Assembly: GCA_965279165.1 (NCBI GenBank)
Contig: OZ257140.1
Span: 102,244 to 166,243, forward strand
Reading direction: 5' to 3'
DNA length: 64,000 nucleotides
Origin: Bacteroidia bacterium
GTDB taxonomy: Bacteria; Bacteroidota; Bacteroidia; UKL13-3
Below, one piece after another: positions 18,857 through 27,636 of this stretch (position 1 is the stretch's first letter; each line of letters opens with the position of its first letter). The notes under the pieces are model-generated. The model was not told the origin of the DNA and made no database searches. It saw only the letters and a program-made list of their open reading frames with translations. The position numbers were made by a program, and so were the translations under genes.

Positions 18857-20302
18857 CTATCCTAATTTTATACAAACATTCTTTTGCTCAGTAAAGAATC
18901 GCAATGCTTCCCAACCTCCTTCTCGTCCAACACCACTATTTTTTACGCCACCAAAAGGGGTTCGCAAATCACGAAGCAACCAACAATTAATCCAAACAAT
19001 TCCTGATTTAATTAATCCTGCTACGCGATGAGCCCTGGTGAGGTTCTCTGTCCAAATGGTGCAAGCCAACCCATATTCGGTTGAATTTGCCATCATCAAA
19101 ACTTCTTCTTCTGTATCAAATGGTGTAAGGGTAACAACAGGTCCAAATATTTCTTCTTGGTTGGTCCTACAATCAAATGATAAACCTTCTATTACGGTAG
19201 GTTCTATGAACCAACCTTCTGCACATCTACCTTGGGGATGAACAACATTTCCGCCAAATAAAATAGTACCTCCCTCCTTTTTAGCCAATTCGATATAATG
19301 CAATATTTTATCGAAATGCATTTTGCTGGCTATTGCTCCCACTTGGGTTTCGTCTAATAAAGGATCCCCAATTTTATGGTTTTTCAGCTTTTCAATAAAG
19401 GCAGTTTTAAACTTTTCATATATCGGTCGCTCTATAAAAATTCTTGAACCACAAAGGCAAATTTCACCTTGGTTTAAAAAAGATGAGCGAACTGTTTCAG
19501 CCAGCATTTTTGGAAAATCACAATCAGCAAAAATGATATTTGGGTTTTTGCCACCCAATTCTAACGACAGTTTTTTAAACATTGGTGCTGCAACACGGGC
19601 AATTTCAGCACCGGTTTTGGTTCCTCCTGTAAATGAAATCGCCTTGATGCCCGGGTGAGCTGTTAATGCGGATCCTACCTTTGGCCCTAAACCATGCACC
19701 ACATTAAACACGCCTGCCGGCAATCCTGCTGCAATACAAATTTCGCTTAATAAATAGGCAGTCATGGGTGTAATTTCAGACGGTTTTGCAACCACGCAAT
19801 TCCCTGCAGCTATAGCAGGAGCGATTTTCCAGGTGAACAAATACAAAGGTAAATTCCAGGGTGAAATACATCCTACCACACCTATTGGCGTTCGTAAAGT
19901 ATAATTAATCGCATGGTTCCCCATGGGATGCGCTTCGCTGGCAAAATGTTCTATTGCGGTTCCAAAAAAACGGATATTGCTGATGGCACGTGGTATTTCT
20001 CCGTTTTTAGCCAGCCATTTTGGTTTTCCCTGATCGATACTTTCTGCTTCAGCCAGTTTATCTAAATTCTCTTCCATTAAGGAAGAAATTTTAAGCATGA
20101 TTTTAGAACGTTTTTCGTTGGTAAAATTGCTCCAGACCGGAAACGCATTGCTTGCGGCTTGATAGGCCATTTCTACATCTTTTTCATCACTATCCGGGCA
20201 TAACGAATATACTTTACCTGTGGATGGATCAAAATTATTCATATAACTTCCCGAAAGTGGTTCTATTAGTTTGCCGTTAATATAGTTCAGAATTTTTTGC
20301 AT
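18857..20302 (-). CDS. NAD(P)-dependent aldehyde dehydrogenase
   Basis: 481 aa with ALDH family motifs (ELGGKNP, catalytic Cys region EICLCGSR). Confidence 0.85.
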   Translation of the reverse strand: MQKILNYINGKLIEPLSGSYMNNFDPSTGKVYSLCPDSDEKDVEMAYQAASNAFPVWSNFTNEKRSKIMLKISSLMEENLDKLAEAESIDQGKPKWLAKNGEIPRAISNIRFFGTAIEHFASEAHPMGNHAINYTLRTPIGVVGCISPWNLPLYLFTWKIAPAIAAGNCVVAKPSEITPMTAYLLSEICIAAGLPAGVFNVVHGLGPKVGSALTAHPGIKAISFTGGTKTGAEIARVAAPMFKKLSLELGGKNPNIIFADCDFPKMLAETVRSSFLNQGEICLCGSRIFIERPIYEKFKTAFIEKLKNHKIGDPLLDETQVGAIASKMHFDKILHYIELAKKEGGTILFGGNVVHPQGRCAEGWFIEPTVIEGLSFDCRTNQEEIFGPVVTLTPFDTEEEVLMMANSTEYGLACTIWTENLTRAHRVAGLIKSGIVWINCWLLRDLRTPFGGVKNSGVGREGGWEALRFFTEQKNVCIKLG

Positions 20303-20422
20303 GCGACGAAGGTAAAAAAGTTAAGGGTAATTTTTCTTCCCCTATACGCTTTATGAAAATTATTTTAATACCATATTAAACCAATTTCGATTAACTTGCT
20401 CTTACAATAAAATTAGCGTGAT

Positions 20423-22135
20423 ATGGCAAACCTCGACCGCAAATCCTTTTTGAAGCAAGCAGCAGGTGCTTTATTAGACAATCCGCCGGCAAGTAAGGTT
20501 ACTTATGTAGACCCTTCTAACAAAGACTTACCAAGGCATTTAACAAAAACCACCACCGGCATTGATCCCTTTGCAGGAACGTATACGGATGCGCATATTT
20601 TGCATTTATTGAGGAGAACCTTACCGGGAGTAAGCAAATCGGATTTCGATTTTTTTAAAACAAAATCGATGAGCGATGCGGTTGATTATTTATTATCCTT
20701 ACCTCCTAACCCACCTCCACCTCCCGTTAATACATACAGTTATAATACAAACCTACCGGATGCTGCTGTTCCAATTGGCCAAACATGGGTAAATGCAGCG
20801 GCAAATCCTTTACTTGAAGGTGCAAGAAGACAATCCTTAAAGTCATGGTGGATGGGATTGATTGTACAACATGATCGCACCATCAGGGAAAAGATGAATT
20901 TGTTTTGGCATAACCATTTTGCTACAGAAAGTAACGTAATCCAGGATTCGCGGTTTTTATACAAACACCATGCGTTATTACGTGCCAATTGCTTGGGTAA
21001 TTTTAAAAGTTTGGTTAGAGCCATAACCATTGACCCGGCTATGTTGGTATATTTAAACGGTGAAGACAACAGCAAAAATGCTCCGGACGAAAATTATGGA
21101 CGTGAATTACAAGAATTATTTACCATTGGTAAAAACCTTACCGACCATTATACCGAAGATGATGTAAAAGCTGCAGCCAAGGTGTTAACCGGTTGGAGAA
21201 ATAACCGAAACGGAATTACTTCTTTCTTTGATAATACCAAGCACGATATCGGGGACAAACAATTTTCGTCCTTTTATAACAATACAAAAATTATCGGAAA
21301 AAACGGAACAACGGCAGGTGATGAAGAGTTGGATGCTTTGTTGGATATGATATTTGCACATCCGGAAGTTGCCAAGCATATCTGCAGAAAACTATACCGT
21401 TATTTTATTTATTATGTAATCGACGAAAGCGTTGAAACCAATGTAATAGAACCATTGGCGGATGTATTCAGAAACAGTGGTTATAATATTAAAACAGCGG
21501 TTAGCACCTTGTTAAAAAGCGAACACTTTTTTGATCCACTTAACATGGGCTGTATGATAAAGCAACCTATTGATTTTTTTGGAGGTGGTAGTAAAAATAT
21601 GAATCTGGTATTTCCGGATAGCACCAATCTGCAAGCACAGTATGCGCATTGGTTATATATTTCGCAGTATGCAGGTTTATGCGGACAGGATATAGGCGAT
21701 CCTCCTAATGTGGCAGGATGGCCTGCCTATTACGAAGATCCACAGTTTTATGAATTATGGATTAATTCCGATTCGTTACCTAAACGTAATTTATTTAGTG
21801 ATTCGATGTTGTATACCGGGTATAATCGCAACAGCTTTAAACTAATGTATGATTGCATTGCATTTGTTTCTCAATTTTCTGACCCATCGGATCCGAATAA
21901 ACTTATCGACGAAATTACCAAGTTGATTTATGCGGTGGATATTTCGTCGACTGCCAAAGCCTCGGTAAAAACTTCCTTTTTATTATCCGGTCAAAGTACG
22001 GATGCTTACTGGACAAGCGCCTGGCTGGCATATTTAAACAACCCTGCCGATGTAATGGCCAAATCCACTGTTACTACCCGGTTACAAGCCATGATGAAGT
22101 ATTTATTTGGTTTAGCAGAATACCAGTTGTCTTAA
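20423..22135 (+). CDS. DUF1800-family protein
   Basis: 570 aa immediately upstream of a DUF1501 protein, the usual pairing. The family call is from memory, not from a search. Confidence 0.5.
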   Translation: MANLDRKSFLKQAAGALLDNPPASKVTYVDPSNKDLPRHLTKTTTGIDPFAGTYTDAHILHLLRRTLPGVSKSDFDFFKTKSMSDAVDYLLSLPPNPPPPPVNTYSYNTNLPDAAVPIGQTWVNAAANPLLEGARRQSLKSWWMGLIVQHDRTIREKMNLFWHNHFATESNVIQDSRFLYKHHALLRANCLGNFKSLVRAITIDPAMLVYLNGEDNSKNAPDENYGRELQELFTIGKNLTDHYTEDDVKAAAKVLTGWRNNRNGITSFFDNTKHDIGDKQFSSFYNNTKIIGKNGTTAGDEELDALLDMIFAHPEVAKHICRKLYRYFIYYVIDESVETNVIEPLADVFRNSGYNIKTAVSTLLKSEHFFDPLNMGCMIKQPIDFFGGGSKNMNLVFPDSTNLQAQYAHWLYISQYAGLCGQDIGDPPNVAGWPAYYEDPQFYELWINSDSLPKRNLFSDSMLYTGYNRNSFKLMYDCIAFVSQFSDPSDPNKLIDEITKLIYAVDISSTAKASVKTSFLLSGQSTDAYWTSAWLAYLNNPADVMAKSTVTTRLQAMMKYLFGLAEYQLS

Positions 22136-22153
22136 TCCTAAACAAGAATCAAC

Positions 22154-23728
22154 ATGAAAAGAAAAGAATTTTTAGGAACCGGATTGGCAGGTGGTTTATT
22201 GCCACTGATGATCAATGGTTTTTCAATTAAGGCAATGGCCGATAATCCTCTGTTGCAGTTTTTAGGAAAAGCAGGAAACGATGATCGGGTTTTGGTCCTT
22301 ATTCAATTGAATGGTGGTAATGATGGGTTGAATACCGTTTTACCAATTGACCAATACGACAACTTAACCAATGCCAGGTCGAACATTATCATTCCCTCTA
22401 ATAAAATTTTATCCTTATCAGGCAACACAAAAACAGGATTGCATCCTGCTTTAAGTGAAATCAGGGCATTATATGATAATGGCAATATTTCGATTATACA
22501 GAGTGTTGGCTATCCAAATCCCGACTATTCTCATTTCCGTTCAACCGATATTTGGCTAACCGCTTCGGATGCAGATAAGTTTGTTGACACGGGTTGGATG
22601 GGCAGGTATTTAGATACCAAATACCCCGGCTTTCCTACAGGATATCCAAATGCGACATATCCTGATCCACCAGCTATTCAAATTGGAGCGATGATTTCTC
22701 CGGCATTACAAGGAAACAATTCCTCCTTTGGAATGAGCATCACAGATCCAAATTCTTTTTATCAGTTTGTAAGTGGAACGGTTGATCCTGCTCCCAATAC
22801 TCCGGCCGGACATGAACTAACATATATCCGATTGGTGGTACAACAAACCCAATTGTATTCTGGCTCTGTAAAAACAGCAGCGCAAAATGCAACCAACAAA
22901 TCAACCTTATATACTACTGCAGGTCAAAATACCTTAAGCGACCAGTTAAAAATTGTAGCACAATTGATTGCAGGTGGTTTAAAAACAAAAGTGTATATGG
23001 TTAGTCTTGGTGGTTTTGATAACCATTCAGCCCAAGTTGTAAGTGGCGCAACCGAAACCGGAACCCATGCTACCCTATTATCTAAAATTTCGGTTGCCGT
23101 GAATGCATTTCAGGATGATTGTGAAAAACTTGGTATAGCAGATCGGGTTTTAGGAATGACCTTTTCAGAATTTGGACGACGCATCAAATCCAACGCAAGT
23201 TTAGGAACCGATCATGGCGCAGCGGCACCAATGTTCTTATTTGGCAAAAAAGTGAATGGTGGTGTCTATGGGGCTAATCCTACGATTGGTGCAACTGTTG
23301 GTGTAAATGACAATATACCGATGCAAAACGATTTCCGTTCGGTATATGCTACAATACTGAAGAACTGGTTTGAAGTTTCGGATACCGATATGGATACCGT
23401 GATGTTAAAATCCTTCCCATTGCTTGGATTTGTAAATGGCAGTACGGGTATAAATGACGATATACACCTTCCTGAAGATGCGGTAAGCAATTATCCGAAT
23501 CCGTGCAAGGATTTTACCATTATCCAGTTTAAAACCACAGGAGGACTATTAAGAATTCGTTTATTTAATAGCAGCGGACAATGCCTACAAACATTAGCTG
23601 AAGCAAACTATGCAGCAGGAAGCCATGAAATCAGATTGGATACCCAATCCTTACCGGGTGGTTTGTATTACTATCAAATCCAACAAGGCGGAGCGCAAGT
23701 GATGAAGAATTTGGTTGTGGTTAGGTAA
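22154..23728 (+). CDS. DUF1501-family (sulfatase-fold-like) protein with a C-terminal T9SS sorting domain
   Basis: GTDHGAAAP motif typical of DUF1501. C-terminal ~80 aa (YPNPCKDFTIIQF...GGLYYYQIQ...K) fits the T9SS CTD. Confidence 0.6.
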   Translation: MKRKEFLGTGLAGGLLPLMINGFSIKAMADNPLLQFLGKAGNDDRVLVLIQLNGGNDGLNTVLPIDQYDNLTNARSNIIIPSNKILSLSGNTKTGLHPALSEIRALYDNGNISIIQSVGYPNPDYSHFRSTDIWLTASDADKFVDTGWMGRYLDTKYPGFPTGYPNATYPDPPAIQIGAMISPALQGNNSSFGMSITDPNSFYQFVSGTVDPAPNTPAGHELTYIRLVVQQTQLYSGSVKTAAQNATNKSTLYTTAGQNTLSDQLKIVAQLIAGGLKTKVYMVSLGGFDNHSAQVVSGATETGTHATLLSKISVAVNAFQDDCEKLGIADRVLGMTFSEFGRRIKSNASLGTDHGAAAPMFLFGKKVNGGVYGANPTIGATVGVNDNIPMQNDFRSVYATILKNWFEVSDTDMDTVMLKSFPLLGFVNGSTGINDDIHLPEDAVSNYPNPCKDFTIIQFKTTGGLLRIRLFNSSGQCLQTLAEANYAAGSHEIRLDTQSLPGGLYYYQIQQGGAQVMKNLVVVR

Positions 23729-23886
23729 CTGATTGTGTTTTATCGATTGTAAAGCTTATGTTGACATCATGGAGATTATTGAAATCGCGCATTAAAAATG
23801 CGCGAGAACAGGAGAACTAGTCTAACTTGAACTCATGAGATATAGTCCATAAATTAATAGTCACATAAAATACTTATATTCGAAAT

Positions 23887-24069
23887 ATGGAAAAGGTTCT
23901 AAAAATAACAACCTTAAGAGCAAATAATTCAGACTTTGCTTATTGGTCGACTAAAAGTTGCAATGAGCGTTTGGACACAATAGAAATTCTAAGACAACAA
24001 TATTTCAGTTTAAAGAAAGATGTTCAGCCAAGACTTCAGAGAGTTTGTAGAGTTATTAATCAATCATAA
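23887..24069 (+). CDS. Small conserved hypothetical protein (60 aa)
   Basis: The SDFAYWSTKS..ERLDTIEILRQQY pattern resembles a short family common in Bacteroidota. It overlaps the next ORF by 50 nt. Confidence 0.4.
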   Translation: MEKVLKITTLRANNSDFAYWSTKSCNERLDTIEILRQQYFSLKKDVQPRLQRVCRVINQS

Positions 24070-24457
24070 CGCAGAATATCTAATTGTTGGAGGTTATGCA
24101 GTCGGCGTTCATGGACACCCGCGCTATACCGGAGATTTGGACATTTGGTTAAATCCGACCCAAGAAAATGCAGAAAGAATCCTGTCCTGTGTTAACGAAT
24201 TTGGTTTTGCATCCTATGGATTGAAATCGGATGACTTCACCAAAGTAGGCAATGTCGTTCAACTAGGGTATCCCCCACTTAGAATTGACCTGCTGACGCA
24301 AATTGACGGAGTTACATTCAACGATTGTTATAAGAACAAAACACAAGTCGAGATTGATGGCCTTCTTGTAAACTTTATTGGATATAACGATCTCTTAAAA
24401 AACAAAAAGGAATCAGGTCGTCTCAGAGATTTAGACGACATAAATAATCTCACTTAA
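24020..24457 (+). CDS. Minimal nucleotidyltransferase-fold protein (145 aa)
   Basis: hG[GS]x9-13Dh[DE]h signature: LIVGGYAVGVHGHPRYTGDLDIWL. Confidence 0.5.
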   Translation: MFSQDFREFVELLINHNAEYLIVGGYAVGVHGHPRYTGDLDIWLNPTQENAERILSCVNEFGFASYGLKSDDFTKVGNVVQLGYPPLRIDLLTQIDGVTFNDCYKNKTQVEIDGLLVNFIGYNDLLKNKKESGRLRDLDDINNLT

Positions 24458-24483
24458 GAAACGAAATAAGGCCTCTAACAACG

Positions 24484-24550
24484 GATTGTAATACTATCAA
24501 ATCCAACAAGGAAGCGCACAGGTAATGAAGAATTTGGTGGTTGGGAAATA
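24484..24550 (+). pseudogene. Diverged duplicate (~85% identity) of the last ~20 codons of the DUF1501 gene (T9SS-CTD end). It contains an in-frame stop.
   Basis: 24484-24550 aligns to 23666-23728: G L * Y Y Q I Q Q G S A Q V M K N L V V versus GGLYYYQIQQGGAQVMKNLVVVR*. Confidence 0.5.
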
Positions 24551-24558
24551 GGGGAAAA

Positions 24559-24593
24559 TAGTCATTAGTCATTAGTCAATAGTCATTAGTCAA
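24559..24593. repeat. Heptamer microsatellite (TAGTCAT/TAGTCAA)x5 abutting the IS left end
   Basis: Direct read: tagtcat tagtcat tagtcaa tagtcat tagtcaa. Confidence 0.6.
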
Positions 24594-24636
24594 TTTGTAT
24601 GTCCCTGGTATAGGTTGACCATAAAAGTCAATTTAT

Positions 24637-25035
24637 ATGAAAGCAAATTTAAAACAAATTCAGAAGCAACGACATTATTCAGAGGAATTTAAAAAGGAAT
24701 TAGTATCCTTGTTTGAAGGAGGCAAATTCAGTGTTCATCAACTCGAGCGACTTTATGGGGTCTCAGATGCGAGCATTTACAATTGGATTTATAAATACTC
24801 TACTTTTAATGAAAGGGGGTATCGAGTCATAGAATTTAAAACAAGTAGTATGGATAAGCTAAAGCAACTTGAGCAAAGGATAAAGGAGCTCGAACAAATG
24901 GTTGGTCAGAAGCAAATCAAGATAGATTTTTTGGAAAAGATGATTGAGATTGCTAAAGATGATCTAAAAATAGATATCAAAAAAAACTTCAACACCCCAC
25001 AATCAACTGGTTCCGGCAGAACCAAGAAAAAGTAA
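24637..25035 (+). CDS. IS3-family transposase OrfA (HTH plus leucine zipper)
   Basis: 132 aa. HTH and LKQLEQRIKELEQMV zipper. A8 slippery run at 24979-24986 lies near the 3' end. Confidence 0.8.
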   Translation: MKANLKQIQKQRHYSEEFKKELVSLFEGGKFSVHQLERLYGVSDASIYNWIYKYSTFNERGYRVIEFKTSSMDKLKQLEQRIKELEQMVGQKQIKIDFLEKMIEIAKDDLKIDIKKNFNTPQSTGSGRTKKK

Positions 25036-25043
25036 CTTATTCG

Positions 25044-25880
25044 ATGAATCAGCTTTACAAAGAAGTTGGAATAAGCAAACAAGCTGTTAATCAATATGCC
25101 ATGCGACAATTAGCTTTTAATAAGGCTACAAAAGCGCTTGTAATGGAAGCTGAGGAGTTAAGGCAAGAACACCCTGGTTGTGGGGTTGAAAAGATGTATT
25201 ACACACTAAAGCCAGAATTTATTGGAAGGGATCGATTTATAGAACTTCTGATGGATTTAGGTTTTAGAATCAAGAAGAAGCGGAATTTTAGAAGGACAAC
25301 TTATTCAGGCAATAAACACTATCCAAACCTAATCAAAGGGATGAGGATTAATGCCCCTTCCATGATTTGGCAATCCGACATAACATACATTGATGCTGGA
25401 GATCACTTCTGCTATGCGGTATTCATCATAGATGTTTATACTAAGAAAATCGTAGGTTATCAAGTCTCTGATAATATGCGGGCAACTGCAAATATGAAGG
25501 CTTTAAAGGGAGCATTGGTGCACAATAAAGCTCCGATTATTCATCATTCAGATAGAGGAAGTCAATATGAATATGGAGACTATGTGAATGTATTGAAGGA
25601 TAATAATTGTCAATTAAGTATGGCACTTAAAGCACAAGATAACGCATATGCTGAACGAATTAACAGAACTATCAAAGAAGAATATTTAGATTATTGGAAA
25701 CCGAAAAACCTATGTCAGATTAAGAAGTGCGTAAAGAATGCAGTAACTCATTACAACAATATTCGACCACATAATAATCTTGGAAAACTTAGTCCAGTAG
25801 ACTTTGAAAACAAATGGTTAAATAATCAATTCAATTCTATCCCTAATATTACTATTTTTGATGATGAAGTCTTAGTTTAA
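25044..25880 (+). CDS. IS3-family transposase OrfB (DDE integrase core), probably expressed as an OrfAB fusion by -1 frameshift
   Basis: DDE residues in the contexts WQSDITYID, HHSDRGSQYEY and AERINRTIKEEY. In the -1 frame relative to orfA. Confidence 0.85.
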   Translation: MNQLYKEVGISKQAVNQYAMRQLAFNKATKALVMEAEELRQEHPGCGVEKMYYTLKPEFIGRDRFIELLMDLGFRIKKKRNFRRTTYSGNKHYPNLIKGMRINAPSMIWQSDITYIDAGDHFCYAVFIIDVYTKKIVGYQVSDNMRATANMKALKGALVHNKAPIIHHSDRGSQYEYGDYVNVLKDNNCQLSMALKAQDNAYAERINRTIKEEYLDYWKPKNLCQIKKCVKNAVTHYNNIRPHNNLGKLSPVDFENKWLNNQFNSIPNITIFDDEVLV

Positions 25881-25946
25881 ACCGGTCAACCTTATTCAGG
25901 GATGTTCAATTGTAAATATGAACATCCCTGAATAAGGTTGACCGGT
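25881..25946. repeat. Perfect 28-bp inverted repeat (10-bp loop) made of the IS right end plus an adjacent inverted solo copy of the same end
   Basis: 25881-25908 ACCGGTCAACCTTATTCAGGGATGTTCA. 25919-25946 is its exact reverse complement. Confidence 0.6.
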
Positions 25947-25947
25947 T

Positions 25948-27606
25948 TTAAGGGTTGGTGATTAATTCCCTTGCAGCTTCCTTTACTTTTTCAGAAGGGT
26001 TGTCGCCATGCAGCATGCGGGCAATTTCATCCAATCTTTCGTCGAGGTTTAACTTTTTAATAAAAGTATGGGTGGTATTTTTGTCACTCGTTTTATAAAC
26101 AAAAAAGTGAGAGTCGGCTTTTCCTGCTATTTGTGGTAAATGTGTTATCGCCAATACCTGGTGTTTGGACGCATGCTGTTTCATTACTTGCGACACCTTT
26201 AAAGCGGCCTCTCCTGAAATTCCTGTATCAATTTCATCAAATACGATGGTAGGCAATGCTACCCTATCGCTAATCAAGGATTTGATGCATAACATCAACC
26301 TACTTAATTCGCCACCTGAAGCAACCTTACTTAAAGGCATTGGTGGCGCTCCTTTGTTGGCTGTAAATAATAAATCTACTTCATCCAAACCGGTTTCATT
26401 AAAATGATTTCGTGGCGTTAGTTGCACTTTTAGAAATGCATTGGGCATTTCAACCTGCTTTAATAATTCGCTAATTTTTTTCTCGATTACCGGAATAACT
26501 TTTTCTCTTTTCGACCTTAGGATGGTTGCTTGCTTGTGAAGTATTACGGTAAGTTCTGTTCGTTGCTTATCTAATCTGGTGATTTCTTCCTGTAAATTAC
26601 CAAGCTTTTGCATATCTGAATTCAATTTCTCCATTAAAGAAATTAATTCTGCATTGGTATTTACACGATGCTTTTTATGCAAATTATACAATACCTGCAG
26701 TCTGGTTTCAACCATAAGTAAACTTTCAGGATTGGCTTGCGATAAATTGCCAATATGTTCTAGTTCATTGGATATATCTTTTAATTCGATAACCAACGAA
26801 TCCAATCGACTTACTACATCCATTAAACCCGGATGATGTTTTGCAGGATTTACCAACGACAACTTTATTTGCCGAAGTTGTTCAATGATTGCTTGTTCAT
26901 CGGCCATCAACAATTGGTATGCATTGGTTGAAGATTGCTGAATGGATTCGGCATGATTAAGTTTGTCTAATTCTTCTTCTAATTTTTCCTGTTCGCCAAT
27001 TACCGGATTTGCTTCATTTAATTCGTTTAAAATAAATCGCAAATAATCTTCTTCTTTTCTGGATTGCAATTCCAACTCAACCAATTCACGGTGTCTTTTT
27101 TCGGTTGCTAAAAATAAGGTATAATTGGATTGGTAGTCGACAAGCAATTGTTGGTTATCTCCAATGGTATCGAGCAACTGCAACTGAAATGATTTTTCGT
27201 TCAATTCGAGGGTTTGGTGTTGGGAAACGATTTCAACCAGTTTGGTGCCAAGTTCTTTTAATAACGGAAGATTAACGGGAGTATCGTTTACAAAGGCGCG
27301 TGATTTTCCGGAAGTATTTATTTCTCTTCGTATGATGCATTGCGCTTCATAATCGAGTTCATTGGCAACAAAAAAATCCTGCAGGTTATAACCGGAAACC
27401 GTAAAAACCCCTTCCACGATGCACTTTTCGTCGCTATGCATTAAGACTTTGGAATCGGCACGTTCACCTAAAATCAAGCCAAGCGCTCCAATTAAAATGG
27501 ATTTTCCGGCACCTGTTTCTCCGGTAATGATATTCAGGTTTGCATCGAAATTGATCTTAGCTTCCTGAATGATGGCGTAATTTTTTATGGATAATCGGGT
27601 TAACAA
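25948..27606 (-). CDS. recN: DNA repair protein RecN
   Basis: 552 aa. N-terminal Walker A GETGAGKS, a long coiled coil and a C-terminal SMC-like signature. Confidence 0.9.
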   Translation of the reverse strand: MLTRLSIKNYAIIQEAKINFDANLNIITGETGAGKSILIGALGLILGERADSKVLMHSDEKCIVEGVFTVSGYNLQDFFVANELDYEAQCIIRREINTSGKSRAFVNDTPVNLPLLKELGTKLVEIVSQHQTLELNEKSFQLQLLDTIGDNQQLLVDYQSNYTLFLATEKRHRELVELELQSRKEEDYLRFILNELNEANPVIGEQEKLEEELDKLNHAESIQQSSTNAYQLLMADEQAIIEQLRQIKLSLVNPAKHHPGLMDVVSRLDSLVIELKDISNELEHIGNLSQANPESLLMVETRLQVLYNLHKKHRVNTNAELISLMEKLNSDMQKLGNLQEEITRLDKQRTELTVILHKQATILRSKREKVIPVIEKKISELLKQVEMPNAFLKVQLTPRNHFNETGLDEVDLLFTANKGAPPMPLSKVASGGELSRLMLCIKSLISDRVALPTIVFDEIDTGISGEAALKVSQVMKQHASKHQVLAITHLPQIAGKADSHFFVYKTSDKNTTHTFIKKLNLDERLDEIARMLHGDNPSEKVKEAARELITNP

Positions 27607-27636
27607 TGGTGTATGAATTTATCGATAGGTAATTAG

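Larger units (their letters stand above)
24600..25908 (+). mobile_element. IS3-family insertion sequence (~1.3 kb) with imperfect terminal inverted repeats beginning TG...
   Basis: Left end TGTCCCTGGTATAGGTTGACC. The right end read inward is TGAACATCCCTGAATAAGGTTGACC. The two-ORF layout with a -1 frame relationship is typical of IS3. Confidence 0.8.

Noticed and set aside
23887-24457. The 60-aa ORF and the 145-aa NTase ORF being one gene split by a frameshift
   Set aside because: The 60-aa product ends with a family-typical C-terminus (RLQRVCRV...) and the NTase has its own in-frame ATG with a complete fold signature. A sequencing or biological frameshift cannot be excluded without reads, so they are kept as two overlapping genes.
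20423-25950. Genomic island or prophage spanning DUF1800 to the IS element
   Set aside because: There is no integrase, phage structural gene or tRNA target, and no clear boundary repeats beyond the IS itself and the small duplicated 3' fragment. Only the 23729-25946 segment looks accessory.
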